A stretch of DNA of 55,161 bases, filler included, from Jimgerdemannia flammicorona (lineage: Eukaryota), in assembly GCA_003990765.1 (NCBI GenBank). It is 2 parts of 2 records of this genome, joined end to end, with 100 filler letters (N's around TTAATTAATTAA, not from the genome) between each part and the next. Parts side by side here need not be neighbours in the genome. Positions count along the whole stretch, not along the records: positions 1 to 27,542 come from RBNJ01000622.1; 1 more part is not named here. One strand, 5' to 3'. The first letter of the stretch is position 1; every line of letters starts with the position of its first letter. Below are positions 1 through 14,070 of this stretch, piece after piece. The position numbers and the translations under genes are program-made. The notes beneath the pieces are model-generated. The model was given only the letters and a program-made list of their open reading frames with translations. It was not told the DNA's origin and searched no databases.

Positions 1-417
1 ATGTGTCGATTCATGTTCGAAGTCGTACCCCCAAGCATTTTGAACTTCTGGCTGGTGCAGTTCATGGGGGTGGATGAAACAATATCATGTGTGTGTCAAA
101 CAATATCATGTGTGTGTCAAACAATATCATGTGTGTATCAAACAAAGTGTCAATAGGTGCGTCTTAATTTTTTACCTGCAATAATTACAAACAACATCAT
201 CTCCTATCTTAGTACAATGTTGCCAGATTTCGGAGTGAGGATTGCGTGGAAGGTGTGGAACTATCAGGGATGTTTGACTTGAAGCATCATTGGTACTGTG
301 AACTGTTGAAGACTGATCTGTCGACATGTGTGTTTGCGTGTTTGCGTGTGCATGTGTATGCGTGTGTGTATGCGTGTGTGTGTGTTGTGTTGTGGACGCA
401 TCCGGCATATGAGTCAT
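1..417 (-). CDS. hAT transposase N-terminus, BED zinc finger (partial; GT-AG intron ~52-175)
   Basis: W..H...CxxC...GTTSNMNRH motif across an intron; start codon uncertain. Confidence 0.7.
78..144. repeat. 21-bp tandem repeat x3 (aaacaatatcatgtgtgtgtc) inside the transposase intron
   Basis: Directly visible. Confidence 0.9.
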
Positions 418-419
418 GT

Positions 420-835
420 GGAGGATTTGGATTGGAGGATTCAGTTGAAGGATTTGGATGAGGATTCAGATTGAAGAATTCGAATTGGAGGATTCGAATT
501 GGAGGATTCGAATTGGAGGATTAAAATTGAGTGATTCGGATTGAGTGATTCGGATTGAGTGATTCGGATTGAGTGATTCAGATTGAGTGATTCGGATTGG
601 AGTGGTTCGGATGGGTGATTCGGATGGGTGATTCGGATGGGGCGATTTGGATGGGGCGATTCGGATTGAGTGATTCAGATTGAGTGATTCGGATTGGGGT
701 GGTTCGGATGGGTGATTCGGATGGGGCGATTCGGATGGGGCGATTCGGATTAAATCCGAGTTGATCCGGATGGCTTCGGATTTGAGATTCGAATCAAACC
801 GTCATGTGACGAATCGAATCCGGATTTGATTCGAA
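420..835. repeat. Subterminal tandem array of 13-14-bp units (gattcggattgagt variants)
   Basis: Many GATTCGG/GATTCGAA units next to the TIR; typical transposase-binding array. Confidence 0.85.
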
Positions 836-855
836 TTGACTCGTTCGGAGCACTA

Positions 856-3800
856 CCCCCATACATCATCACCCCTATGCCTTACCCCTAAGCAGTCCCC
901 AATGGCCTGCCAAAAGTCACTCAACACCTCACACTCCCCAAGCCAATGTTCTGGCATCTGTACAAATTCCCCTTCCCGCCCTACATTATGGTACTCCTTG
1001 CAGTCAAAGCAGCCCCCTACAACAAGGTGTCCTGAGCAGAAGTTAAGCATCACATTCCTCCTCAGCACACGTCACCAGACCACCCAGTACTTTGACAGCA
1101 TCCAAGTTTTCACCATGGTACTCCAGGTCCAAACTCCCTGCCAGTCCCACTCCTTACCAATTATGACTCCTTGCCAACCACTAGGCCACAGATCCTGGCC
1201 TGGTCCCCTTTGGCATTCGATTCTATCACCAATGTCGAACTCTAGTAAAGACATACCTCCCAGAAGAGTGCCATCCCATCTCCACATCACCGGGCCCCAA
1301 GCCCTCTCCCCCTCATCTCCTTGCCAGCAAATACCAATACGGTGTACCCCCTTGGCTATCCCCCACCAGAAGCCTTTATATCACAGTTGCCCAGTGTTCT
1401 GAAGTCCAACAAATGAAAGAAGATCACCAGTCAAGCCTCTAGATGATGTCTGCCTCTCCTATACCTTCTGTAGCAGGGGAACCCAGCCCCCTCCACTCAA
1501 CTCCACCGCCCTCCTAAGCCACTATGCCCTCAAGCAGTGTAGTCTTTTGGGGAAGTCCATCAGCCCAAGACCACCTCTCACCACCAGTAGGGACAGTATC
1601 TCCCAACCAATCTGACTCTGTCTGCCAGCCCAAATCCATCCCTTGGCCACCTTCACCAATCACTTCACCACCTAGGCTGGGAAGTCCAGATGATAAGCCA
1701 AATACCACAGTTTTGGCAGCCAGTATACATTCAAAATCGAGATCCTTCCTACCAGAGAGAAGTGTCTTCCCCCCCAACCCCACAGGGCTTCCTCCCAAAT
1801 TCCAATCCTCTGCTCCCACCACAGCCTGGGCAGAACAGATCCATAGACTGACAAATATATGCCCAAGTACCACACTGTCTCTTCGGTGGGGACAATTGTT
1901 CCAATAACCTCTCTGCCCACCAATCCATTGCCTAGCACCATTGTTTCACACTTGTGCCAATTCAGCTTTGCCCCAGAGTTCTCCTCATACCACTCTACTG
2001 TCTTCTTGAGCTCCTCGACATCCACAGTTACTCTCAAACCAACCATCATGTCATCTGCAAAGGCTCCAACTTTCCAGCCAATTCCATAGATAGAAAGCCC
2101 TACAATCCTCTGCCGAATTCGGTCCATTAGTGGCTCCAAGGAAAGCACATACAAAATGGGGGACAGTGGGTCCCCCTGGGGTACTCCCCTACCCAGAGAG
2201 AATGCTACCCCTCTATGCCCATTACATACGAGCGCAGCCCTACTCCTTTCCAGAGGCTGACTATCACCGCCTGAAATGGGACCGGAACCCCAATCCTATC
2301 CAGCACTTTCACCAGCCAGACATACTGCACCTGGTCGTAAGCCTTCTCCTGGTCCAAGAAGACAAGACACCCATCTAGTCCACAGGCTCGAGCACCCTCA
2401 ATAACTCCATATACCCAGGCCATGCCATCTCGAATAAGCTGACCCCCTATGAAGCCCCTCTGCTCAACACCCATAATTTGTTGGGCCACCTTCTGCAGCC
2501 TTGCAACCACCACCTTAGTCACCAACTTTCTGTCCATATCTAGCAACATTATCGGCCGCCAGTTCTTCCAATCCTCTCGCCTTCTCTTGTTCTTATAAAG
2601 CAGCATCACCAGCCCAAGATCCTGCTCTCCCACCCATCTCCCTGACTGCAATATGGAGTCACACAGTGCTGTCAACTCTCCCAATATGCCTGGGACTCCA
2701 ACCATTCACTTCCAGAAGTCCCAGGGGAGGCCATCCTCTCCAGGCGCCATACCTGAGACTGTCGTGGCAAGAACCTGGTGGATCTCATTCTTCTTTACAG
2801 GCATCACCAGATCACCTAGTCCCTTAGCTCATGGAGGGTACCAATCTTCTAATGTTTATTCAATGGCTGTAGCATCCACCCCACCCTCCTCCTCACTCCA
2901 CAATCCACTCCATCGTGCCTTCAGCGTTCCAAGGATATCCTGTACACCATGTACTAGTCTACCATCTGAGTCAAGTACCCCTTCCCACCACTGCTGTACC
3001 TTTCTTGCTTGAAGCGTCCTCATAAGAAACTTGGAAGGCCGCTCCCCTTCCTCCAGCCCCTGCCAACGAAGCCATGCCGCCAGGCCTTGCACCCTTAACT
3101 CTTCCTCTTCCCGCAGCATCTGTTGTAGTTCCCCAACCTCTATCTTCACTCTTGTTATTCTCCAATCCTCTTCTCTCTCTACTACTACTAGACTCGCCCA
3201 CTCCTCCAGAAGCCTAGCCAATCTAGTAGAAACCCAATGCACTCTCTGCCTTCACTGCCTCCCAGCCGCTCTGTCAGCCTCGCTCCAATACATCCTGGCC
3301 ATCTCTTTCATCCTCCTCCACCGAACCCCAATTGTGGCCCCTTCCTGCCACCAATTCGCCACCTTCATCTGAATGTCATTTGCCCACTCCTCCCACCGGG
3401 ACTCGTCATCCAACAAGGAGGAATTCAGGCGCCAATGTCCAGGCCCATCACCACTTCCCCCAAAACACCCCTGTCCCAAAAGGCCCCAGTGGTCTGACCA
3501 CAGACACCATTCTACCTCTAGCATCTTCCAAATGTCATGGCCCCAGCAGTTGGCCATCAGAATCCAGTCAATCCTTGTCCCCAGACCTCCAGCCCAATGT
3601 GTATATGCTCCCTGTCCTCCCAGTATTCCCTACCAGCATCCACCAGTGCTCCTAGCCTTTCAACCTCCTCCCACATTGCCAGCCCCCCACTCCTGCTCTC
3701 AGCACTCCATCTGCCATCAGTTCTATCCAGTCATACATCCCGAACCATATTGAAATCGCCTCCAAGAACATCCAACCCAGCTTCAGCAAGGATCCCACTC

Positions 3801-4168
3801 TCTAGGAGCCCTTTCACCCAATCCACATGCTCCCCCCACACAGCAGGGCAGTAATAGGAGCCAACTGTAACTGGCTCCCAACCTGCACGAATCCACTCAC
3901 CCCAGACCAGCCTCTCCCCCCAGCTCCTCACATTCTGTATCTCCCCTCTGCCTTTCCGCACCAGAATTCTGACCTTGCTGTTCCAAATCGCCATGCCACC
4001 CCATTCCTTAGTCCATTCTATCCTATCAAAATTATCCTTGCACCTGACATCCTGCAAGAGGAAGAGATCGGCCTCCAATTCCTTCAACTAAGTAAAAATG
4101 TTCCTGCATCTAACTGTGCCCCTTAGCCCATTCACGTTCAAAGAAAAAATATTGGTTGTACTGTTCAT
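856..4168 (-). pseudogene. LINE ORF2 (AP endonuclease, RT, C-terminal Cys/His motif) with premature stops
   Basis: MNSTTNIFSLNVNGLRG; GGDFN; SDH; WRLNSSLL; NWRPIMLL; FLDQEKAYD; QGDPLSP; AFADD; CFDC...HWLGEC. Confidence 0.92.
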
Positions 4169-4198
4169 AATGAAATATGGTTTGTTTGCAATCAATCC

Positions 4199-6225
4199 CT
4201 ACTGCTCCATACCCATCTCCTCCTGTGCTATATCCAGATTGTGTTCTGCCATCACCCCCTCCTCTTCAGCTCTCTGAGCCTCCAGTCCAGCCAACAGCTC
4301 ATTCATCTCCTCATCAGCCTTCTCCTCAAACTCCTCTCTGTACTCGATGCAAGCCTCCTGCCAAAGCTGCAACCTATGATGCCTGTTCCAACAGTACTCA
4401 GCCTTCTCCCCAGTGACAACCGCTAACTCTGCCTCCCTCTCCTTATCCATCTCATACCCTTCCTCCTCCAGATATACCACGAGAATTTCCGCCTTCAGTG
4501 CCATCGCCACTCCTTCCCCCTGCAAAATTCTCACCCAGTGCTTGTCACCCATCCCATGCAAGTCCACCTCCCCCAGCTCTTCTGCTGCCAGGTTGTTCAT
4601 CATCCGGCACATCCAAAGTAGGTTCCCCACCTCCTTCCCACCAGGGGTCGCCGGCCTCCCTCCGTCCAGCATCATGGTGTCAGCTCCAGCACTCGCATCC
4701 TCATCCCATACCTCTGGGACATCCACCAGTTCCTCCTCCCTGGCCGCCACTACCTGGTCCTCATCCATTACCTCCAGAATGCTGAATTTCACCTGCTGGG
4801 TCCCCAGCATCGTCACGTCCTCTCAGATTTGTTCCTGGAAGCCGGGCCATGCCTGATAAGAGGGGAAGGGGTGGGGGAGTTCTCCCAGACTTCCTCCCAA
4901 ACCTCCAAGGTGCCATCTGCATATAGATCATTAATCATCACCTCCTTTGCCTTCCCTGTCTTTGTCCCATCATTCCCACTCCTCTCACCAGCCCAGACAC
5001 TCGCTCTGGCCCCTTCTGCACCCATCTTCATGCTCGCATCCTTCTGTGGTCCACCCCCCAGTTTAGTCAGCAGATCCTTTTGCCTCTTCCGCCCTTGAGC
5101 CCTTTCCCACTGCACCTTGTCTACTCAAATCCTCTTCTCATCCACTACCTTCAGGTGCGTCGACTCCTTGAAAATCTTCCAGGCCTTGGCACACCGTTCC
5201 ACAGCCCCATCCTGCTCCTCCAGTGCTTCCAATAAAACCTCCTCCTCTTCTTCACTTCCTTTCACCCACATTACCTTGCACAGGAATGCACCCCAAACCA
5301 TCGCCGAAGGCCAGTCCCTCATCTTCCCAATAGCCTCTTTTCCAGCTAGCTGAATCCTCACATCTACATTCCCAGTCCTGAGTGTGGTCCCTTCCCAGAC
5401 CCTGAATCCAATATCCACCACCTCACCATACTCTGCCATGACATCCTCTACTCTCTTCCTTGTCTCCATCACTGTCACCATGGGGACTCCTTTCACCAGC
5501 AGTTGGACCCTTGGATCCCATTTCAAACACCTTGCCATCAGAACACACACCTCTCCAACCACCAGCCCAACCCTCAGTACCTCCTCCAGTGGTTCGACCT
5601 CCTCAAAACCCACCTCCACCCCCTCCAGTCCCTTTAGGAACTTCACTGAAGCCGCTCCCACCACCTACTTAGCGATAAGCCCCAACACCATTTTCGCCAT
5701 CACTGCTAAGCCCCAGAAACACAGTGTGACTGCGAATGCTGAGATCGACTTCTTGAGTAATGGAGCCACCACCAGTCCCATTACACCATCTGCCAGGTCT
5801 CCGGGCCTTGTGCCCTTCCCACCATTTGGCTCACCATTAGCAGTCCCATCTAGATTTTTTTCCAGATTACCCATCACACCCCCATCAGCAGTCCCCGCCC
5901 CAGCCGCTACTCCCCCAGCTCCACCCCTATGGCCCTCCAGAGAGGTACCCCCAAGAGGTTGCTGCCTGGCAGCCTTCACCGGTACCTTCCCCCCTCGCAG
6001 CCAGCTCTCCAGTCCAGCCCCTTGCTGACCCCCCTTCACCTTCTCTACAAAGCTCACTCTGCCAGACCCTTGACCTCCGGCTCTGCTCCCTCCTCCACTA
6101 TGGCCTCCTGCCAGCAGGCCCCTCATACTTCCCCCCAAGCCAGGGCCTCTCCCCACTTGCTGCCATTCAAATGCTCCAGGGCCACCCTGCCCAGTATGCA
6201 TCTCTGGATGCTCATTGGTCGCCAT
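4199..6225 (-). pseudogene. LINE ORF1 (Gly-rich N-terminus, acidic coiled-coil-like C-terminus)
   Basis: Consecutive same-frame ORF pieces upstream of ORF2; homologous in all three LINE copies. Confidence 0.8.
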
Positions 6226-6293
6226 AATACTAGTAGCTTTTCTCCAGAAACTGTGTCGAAAGTGTTGCCAAAGATTGTGTAACCTGAATGTTA

Positions 6294-9200
6294 TATCACT
6301 TCCTTAAGCTCCTCAACTTCCTTCTGAATCCATACAATATACCAGTCTACCACCTCCCAATCCTCAAGTACCCCCACCTATCTCCCCAGAAGTACTGCCA
6401 GCCATTGTGAAGCCCAAAGCACTCTCTGCTATCACTGCACACTCCTCCCTTTCCCTGCCTCCCTCCAGTATCTCTGAGCACTTGATTTCAACCTCTGCCA
6501 GCAATCCCCAATTACCAGGCCTTGCTTCTACCACCTTTCAATTTTCCTAATAACCTCCTTCTCTCAGGCTGCCCATAAAGTACCATCCTCCAACAAAGAG
6601 GAATTCAGTTGCCAATATCCTGGCCCATTCCCACTATCTCTGAACCTCTCTCTCCCTAGCAGGCCCCAATGATCTAACCATGGGCACCAAACCACCTCCA
6701 GCACAGTCCAGACATCTGCTCCCCAGCACTCTGCTGTCAATATCCAGTCAATTCTAGAACCCAGCCCTGCTGTCCAATGAGTATAAATTTGATGCTCTCC
6801 CCAGAACTGTCTTCCTGAATCAACCAAAGAACTCAATCTCTCCATCTCCATCCAATCCTCCAACCTGCCACTTCTGCTTCTCATTTCTCTCCCACCATCA
6901 GTCCTATCTACTATATTATTCCTTACCATATTGAAATTCCCCCCCAAGCAATTGATCTCTGTCCCACCCATGACACCAGCCTCTCTCAAATTTCTGATCC
7001 AATCTACCTGTTCCCCCCTTTCTACCAGGCAGTAATATGATCCAACTATCAAAGAGCTCCATCCAGGCCTCTTCCACACTCCCTACACTAACTAACTCTC
7101 CCAATATCCAATGTCACCAATGTCTCCTATCCCTTTTCAAACTAGGATACCCACTCACCCAAACCACACAGCTACCTCCCCCAAATCCCTAGTCCAATCC
7201 TGTAAGTCCACATCTACCTCATAACATATATTTTGCAGTAAGAAGAGATCTGTATCCAATCCCTTGAGCTACTCAAATATGAATTTTTGCTGAGCTGCTC
7301 CCCTCAATCTATTCACATTTAAAGAGAATATTCTAGTTGTACTGTTCATATTGAATAATGTTTGAATTTGAGAACTCAGCCTAGTATTCCATGCTCATCT
7401 CATCCCCAGTCAGATCTAATTGCCACTTTGCTTTCAAGTCACCTTCCATAGCAGCCTGAGTATCTAATGCCTCTAGGATCTCTTAACATTCTGCCCCATC
7501 TACCACCTCCATCTCTATCTGATAATCTGTACAGACCACTCTCCACTTCTCCAAGCCCTTCCTCAAATTCCACAAGTATGCTGCTTGGTTATTTGTAATC
7601 TCTCAAAGTTCCTCCTCCTGCTGATCATCTACTTAATACTTGACTGATTCCAAGAGTACTACTAGAATCTCATTTCTAACCTTCCTTGGTACCTCCTCAC
7701 CATGAAGGATTTCCTTCTAATGCCTATCTTCCATAATTCAGAAGTTCTCTCCCTCCAACTCCTCTGCTACCACCCCCTTTAGTGTCTTCTACAGCTACTT
7801 TCTCTTCATCCACTGCTTCAGCAATACCCTGGGTGATCCTCTCAACCCCCATCACTGGGTCCATCAGAGCACTCCTCCTCACAGATTCATCCCACTCCTC
7901 AGACACATCCAGCAATTCCTCCTTACTCCTGACCCCACCTGGAATACTATACTGGGGCTGTACACCTTTGCTCATTTCTGCATCTGCCTCCATGCCACCC
8001 TAACCCTCCTCACTTGGTCCTTTCTGGGCCTCACCTTGAGTAGTCCTATACTTCCCAGCCTATGCACTCTCCCACAGTCCTGCACCACCTTCTTCTATAT
8101 CACTGCCAGCCCCACTGCCTCCCAACTTCTCCAGCAGCTCCTTCTGGATTCACCTCCCCTGCATCTTCTCTCAAGTTGTCCAGTCCATCCTGATCCTCTT
8201 GCTATCCACCAATTTCACTACTGTCTTGGCTTCATACTCCTTCTAAGCCAACTGCTTCCTCTCAACTACTCCTACCAGGTCCTCAAGAGCCTCTAGCAAA
8301 TTCTCCTCCTCTTCTTGTATCCCTTTCACCCACAAGACCTTGTACTCCACTGAACTCTACTTGAGAGTCACCAGCCAGTCCCTCATCTTCCCTGTATTCT
8401 CCTTTTCAGCCAGCCTCACCCAGATGTCAACATCTCCAGTCTGAAGCTCAGTACCCTCTCAGACTCTGAACCTGATGTCCACTATTTCTCCATACTCCTT
8501 GACTGCTTCCACAATCAACTTCCTGGCCCTCTCTCTTAATACTGTAGGAAGATCCAGTACTATCAACTGTACCACCCAGGGGTCCCAGTACATACATCTG
8601 GCCATAGAGATCATCACTCTGCCCACCATTACCCCCTTCTCTATGGCCACCAACAATGACTTATCTTCCTCAAATCTGATCTCAATTTCTTTCTTCCCCT
8701 TCAAGAACTTCACTGATACTACCTCCTTTACCTCCTGCACCACCAGCCCTAAGATCATCCTCATGGTCACCACCAAGCTCTAGAAACACAGTGTGAGGGT
8801 GAATTCTGACCTTGATTTCTTGAGTAATGGTGCCACCACCAAACTTGTCACACAATCCACCAGGTTCCCAGGCCTTGTACCCCCCCCCTGTCCTGAACCA
8901 CCAACTACCATCACATCTGGATTTTTTTCCAGATCTCCAGTCACAGCTCCATCAGTAGTTACATCTCTAGCTCCTACTCCCCCCCCCTCCCCTACTGCCT
9001 GACTCTCCCAAGGGGGCCCCTCCCTGTCCCCCACAGTGGCTATCAAAGACTTCCCCAGACCCAACCAATTATTTAGCCCAGAAGTCATTCTCCTCATCTT
9101 GACCTTATCTGCAAAGGTCATCCTCCCTCCTCCTCATTGCCTCAATCCACCTCTTCCTCTACCTCTAGTGCCATGGTCCACCATAGAAGACCCCAGTATT

Positions 9201-9378
9201 TCCAAACCATCACTACTTCTCCTCTCTACATGCTGCCAGTCAAAGGCACTGCTGCCCCCCTGGCTGACCTGCTCACTAGTCTGATCATTGCTGTCTATAT
9301 TGTTAGTCACCTTTCACCAAAAACATTATTGAGAGTATTGTCTGAGTCTTATGTTATCTGAATATTACCAGTGAAAGG
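6294..9378 (-). mobile_element. L1/Tx1-like LINE, copy 2 (older; 5'UTR, ORF1, endonuclease), interrupted by copy 1
   Basis: ORF2 start MNSTTRIFSLNVN at 7349; GGNFN, RIDWIL, WQLNSSLL; ORF1 VVAPLLKKS motif shared. Confidence 0.88.
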
Positions 9379-11950
9379 TATCTGTCTTCTTTCTTCTTAC
9401 TGGTAACTCTTGTTATCTCTGAGTAGATAACCTTAGCTCCTCTGTGGTAGATATTCTCTGTTGTCTTATTGATAACTCTGATTTTTGCATATAGTAAGTT
9501 TTTCAATCTATTCAATCAATCAGTCTAGCTTAGAACTGAGGTCTTGAATTTTGCTTCTATTCTTCTTTTCTTCTTTGGCTGGTCTTCTTTCTTCAGATCT
9601 TTCCTATCCTTGGAGGAGTCCTTACAGAGCTTTGACCAGGATATCATTTTTGGCATCCTTTTTATCATGGTTACTCCAGGTAGTTCCTTATCTGATATCA
9701 AAAAATTCTTAGGCTGTATCGACTTATTCCTCAGATCTTCTGATGTCTAGAGTATAGACATACTGAGTAATGTTTGGCAGAATTCCATTTATGAAGGTCA
9801 TTGGACCTATAATGTTTTGGTTGGTAGCATTGAATCTGGCTGCATATATTCTCTTCTAAATTCTTGTAAAGAATACTCTGAGTGATTCTCTAAGATTCAT
9901 CTTTATTTTCATGATGGATTCTTGAGCTTTGTGGTGGGTCTCATTTTCTGTATATTTTTCAATAAGTCAATAGATTATGGCTTCATACTCTACTAGTCAA
10001 GTTGGTGCTATATTGATGGCTGCTCTAAGGTCTGAGTTTAGATCATTCCTTACTCAGGTGAAAATTTCTTTGACCAGTTCTCTGAGTTAGGCCTTATAGA
10101 TGGCAATTTTCCTTTCAGGAGTAAGGTTCTTCAGAGCTGTAATTCCTTTAATTCTATCAAGAAATTCTCTTGGGTCTTCTTTAGAGTATCTTGCAAAAGT
10201 TAGCAGTGGGTTTGCTATTTCATTATTACTGTCTTCTAATTCTAATTCTGGTTCTAATTCTGACTCTAGTTCAGATTCTGGTTCTGATTCAGATTTAGAT
10301 TCTGGTTTACTTTCTAAATTATTGCTAGAATTCAGAATACTTGAATATTCTGAGAATGGTGTTGAAGATCTTGGGTAAGGTAGAATAGGTCTGGGTATCT
10401 TTGAAGGGGCTACTCTTTGGTCTTCTTGTTCTGTGATAGCTAGTGGGAGAGGTTTAATAGATGAAATTGGTAAAACCTCTGCAAGAAATCAGACTTGTTC
10501 AATGAGGTCTTCAAGTTATTATACAAGCTCATTAAAAACTCTGGCAGGACTTTTTATATAACCTGGTTGAGATCTTTCTAATACTGAGTAGTTGGCAACT
10601 CTTAAAGTAATTACTTCTCTTTCTGTTCAAATGCTAGTAATGACTAGTTCTCTTATAGTAGTAGAGATTAGTATTATATCAAATATATCCAGTTTGACTG
10701 TGAGTTCTTGTAAGCTAAAAAGTTATATCAATTTTGAAATTTTCTCAGTTGAGTCCCCTAAATATAACTTATCTGACTCAATAGAGACAAATTATAAGAT
10801 TGGAAGTTAATATAGTTTGGCTTGAGCTCCTAATTACTTTGTCAAAAATAACAAAATGTTCTAAGATCTCTTGTTAGTATTTAGTGATATAATAGTCAAT
10901 CTAGATATAATAATAGTTTCTCTATTTGTATAGTGATTAATTTGAGTAGATTTCCTTATTAGGTCAGTTCTTGGGTATAGTAGTAATTTCATATAATAGC
11001 TGTGATCTTTATAGAGTATGAGCTGGATTTCTTATATAGATGATCTGGTAATTTAGCAGTTTCTTTCTTAAATGATAGATGATCTTCAAAAGTATACAAT
11101 TTCTGTATAATAATCTTAGTATAATGCTCTTATTTCTAAAAGTATATGATTTCTAGCAGATAACTCAATTTGGCAGATAATTTGAATGACTTAGTTTAGT
11201 GCAGATTTTTCTAAATCAGTGGCTTTCTGAGAATATCAGTTAACTTAATAACTTTAGATAACTTGGATTCTTAACAAGTATATCAAAGACTGGTTTCATT
11301 TATATAGAGTTATATTATAGATTAGCTCTACTGTAAAGTTATATCAGAAAAACTAGCTTAGTGATAAGAATCAGACTCTCTGAGAATAGTAGTAAATAAC
11401 TTGAAATTGATAAATATGTAGTATAGATTCTTCTGAATTAGTAGACTTCTTTAGAAAAAAACTTTTTTGGCAAAGTTATATCAAAGACTGACTTTATTTG
11501 TATAGGATTATATCATAGACTAGCTCTACTGTAAAGTTGTGTCAAAAAGACTAACTTTGTAGTAAGATAGTAGACTTCTTCTTAAAATGGCAGCTCTTTC
11601 TTGAGCAGTAGATTTACTCAAATTCTTCAGACTTATCTGATAAGTGAACCAAGGCTTGTATCAGAAAGAAAACTAGAGTAGAAAGAAAATACTGTTGCTT
11701 TAGATTCAATTTCAGACTGAGATTTATTCACTCTTATCTCTGGAGTATTTTATATAGTTATAATTGCTATCTGATTATTATATTACTAATTATAGATTGC
11801 TATCTATAGTAGATATACCTGGACAATATAGTATACTAGACAGATATAGTATATCTACTTGGTACAATATACTGGACTAGTATATAGATACTTCTAAAGA
11901 TGACCTGAGAGCAGTTCTAGTTCAAGAAAAACTAGTTCAGTAATATTATA
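9379..11950 (-). mobile_element. Old Ty3/Gypsy element: 5' LTR (~10763-11950), possible PBS and decayed gag
   Basis: LTR similar to the reverse complement of 13768-14893 + 23750-24113; gag-like remnant (TFA..EDPREFLDRI); PBS-like taggggactc next to the LTR end. Confidence 0.65.
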
Positions 11951-13200
11951 TAATTGCTTATACAAATTGAGCTATCAACCAACAGTAAGCCAATTATAGT
12001 AGCACCAAACTAGAATATCTTACAGTCATATAGGCAGTCACTCTGTTCAAGCACCATCTTATCAGAAGAAGATTCATCCTAATAACTTATTATGCTATCT
12101 TCAAATAGCTATTAATTATAAGAAACCTACTGAAATTCTTATCTGCTAGATTCTTATTCTATAAGATTACAAAACTATCATTATTTACAAAGTAGAGAAA
12201 GCTTATAACAATATTGATATACTTTCTCATAAACTAGAAAAAGAGTATACTAAGAAGAACTCATCCAAAAGGAATACCAGAAAACCTACTAAAGACAAAC
12301 AAATATAGAAGAAAAGTTACAAACAATATACTAACATTAGCCCAATCTCAGAACATAAGTCTAAGATATACTTAGAAAATATAATACCTATCAAAAGTAT
12401 CAAAGAAAGAAGAACTATCAAGCACTATTATAATCAATTACACTATCTAATAATATCTTTTAAAGATAGAGAATAAATGTTATTAGACCACTATTAGTTA
12501 TATTAAAAAGAAATAAATATATCTTAGTATTTGTAGAATATCTGACCAAATGATCCAAGGCTTTTCCATGAAAATTACTGATACCTTGACTATTGTTAGC
12601 CTCCTCTATAGCCTCACTTTCAGATATGGACCTCTGAAAGAACTTATTTCTGACTGAGACATAGAATTCATCAATAATATAATTATAAGTTTATACTTAA
12701 ATTTATAAGATCTATCTTAAATAGACCATATCATACTATTCTCAAATCAATAGTATGACAGAACAGATAAATCAGACCATTAAGAAAGAACTTACCTAAG
12801 TCAATCCTACTAACTGAGATCTCTGCTTACCTGAGATCCTATAAGAAATTCAGAACACTCTTACTGTCTCTACTAAATAAAAGCTATTTAAGATAATATT
12901 TGTCAAAAGACCAGAACTACTGATTATGAAAACCTCAGAGACCTTCTCAAAAAAGCAGAATAATTATATAATTAAGCCTAAACTCAGATAATCAAGACTC
13001 AAGAAAGTTAGAAAATCAAGATTAGAGATCAAGTACTAGTTTAGAGAAGTATGATCAAAACAAACTTTATTATCAAACTAGAACCCAAATAGGAAGGGCC
13101 TTATCTTGTCTATAATATCAGAAAAACTAGTATCTATTTAAGAAGTATAGATAGATAAACTCTGAGAACATTAATATATCAATTGTCTCAAGTTATATCT
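11951..13200 (+). pseudogene. Old Gypsy pol remnant: RNase H, integrase, GPY/F motif
   Basis: Degenerate IAY.SR....ANYS.TKLE.L.VI.AV..FKHHL; YILVFVEYLTK; KLEPK(W)EGPYLV. Confidence 0.75.
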
Positions 13201-13964
13201 CTCTCTATATTATGAATCAGAGAATTAACTAGTATCTCTAGACTCTTATTCTCAGCTTCTTTCAATCACTTCTGGTTTCTCTACTCCAATTCCACTAAGC
13301 CAATAGAAACTTCTATTAGTAAATTCAGATTTATTAAGAGAATCTCATTTTGGCTAGATACTTATTATAAGTTTACTAACTACAGACCTACTATATAATT
13401 AGTAAACAGTTGCAGAACCTTCTAACTTCCAAGCTAACCTATATCAGAAATACTATAGATCTGATGTAAAGAAATATCATTGCTGCAGACAGATTATATA
13501 TACTCTATAAATAAAATATCAGAGTATTGATACAGATATAGTTCTCTTTAAATGACATATGTATAAGGAATAAATCTAGTCACCTATTTGAGTATTATTA
13601 ATTATATTGAAATTTCATTTTTAGAAGAAAAAGAAGAGCTAGAAAAATAAAGTAACTCAGATATAAATAAATATGATAGCTCAGGTATTGATACTGAAGA
13701 TACTTATAGATACTAAAATGATAACTAAAGAATAGTCTGAGATAGACCACTTTTTAGTAGAGACTTATATAATGAGCCAGCAGAAAAATATACCAGAATA
13801 CTATCTGAATTAGTTACTATAATATAGTCATATATTATAGTAAGTATACTAGATAATCATGAGTATAATAAGTAGTCAAAAATATCCTAGGATATCTAAA
13901 ACTACTTTATCATACTAACTTATAATTATAATTAGCTAGAGATATCTGAAAGAGTATATTTACC

Positions 13965-14070
13965 TATACTGAACTAGTATACTATACTAAATCAGTATAC
14001 TGTACTGAACTAGTATATTATACTGAATCAGTATACTATACTAAACCAGTATACTATACTGAACTAGTAT
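13965..14070. repeat. 18-bp tandem repeat (ctgaactagtatactata) within the old LTR
   Basis: About six visible units. Confidence 0.8.

Larger units (their letters stand above)
1..855 (-). mobile_element. hAT DNA transposon, 5' end (TIR, subterminal repeats, BED-finger exons), inserted in LINE copy 1
   Basis: Minus strand starts TAGTGCTCCGAACGAGTC at 855, same TIR core as 41430, 51224 and 52406; spliced translation SEIWQHCTKIGDDVVCNYCS/QKFKMLGGTTSNMNRH is a BED zinc finger. Confidence 0.8.
856..6293 (-). mobile_element. L1/Tx1-like non-LTR retrotransposon, copy 1 (3' end cut by hAT insertion)
   Basis: ORF1 plus APE-endonuclease/RT ORF2; colinear with 41790-47671. Confidence 0.92.

Noticed and set aside
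420..835. Possible CRISPR or telomeric array
   Set aside because: No unique spacers; it is a subterminal array adjoining a hAT TIR
836..6028. Many plus-strand Pro/Ser-rich ORFs (and minus-strand ones at 41954-47245)
   Set aside because: Antisense shadows of G-rich LINE coding strands
13200..13760. Extra ORF after the old Gypsy integrase
   Set aside because: Too mutated to reconstruct a frame from a single copy
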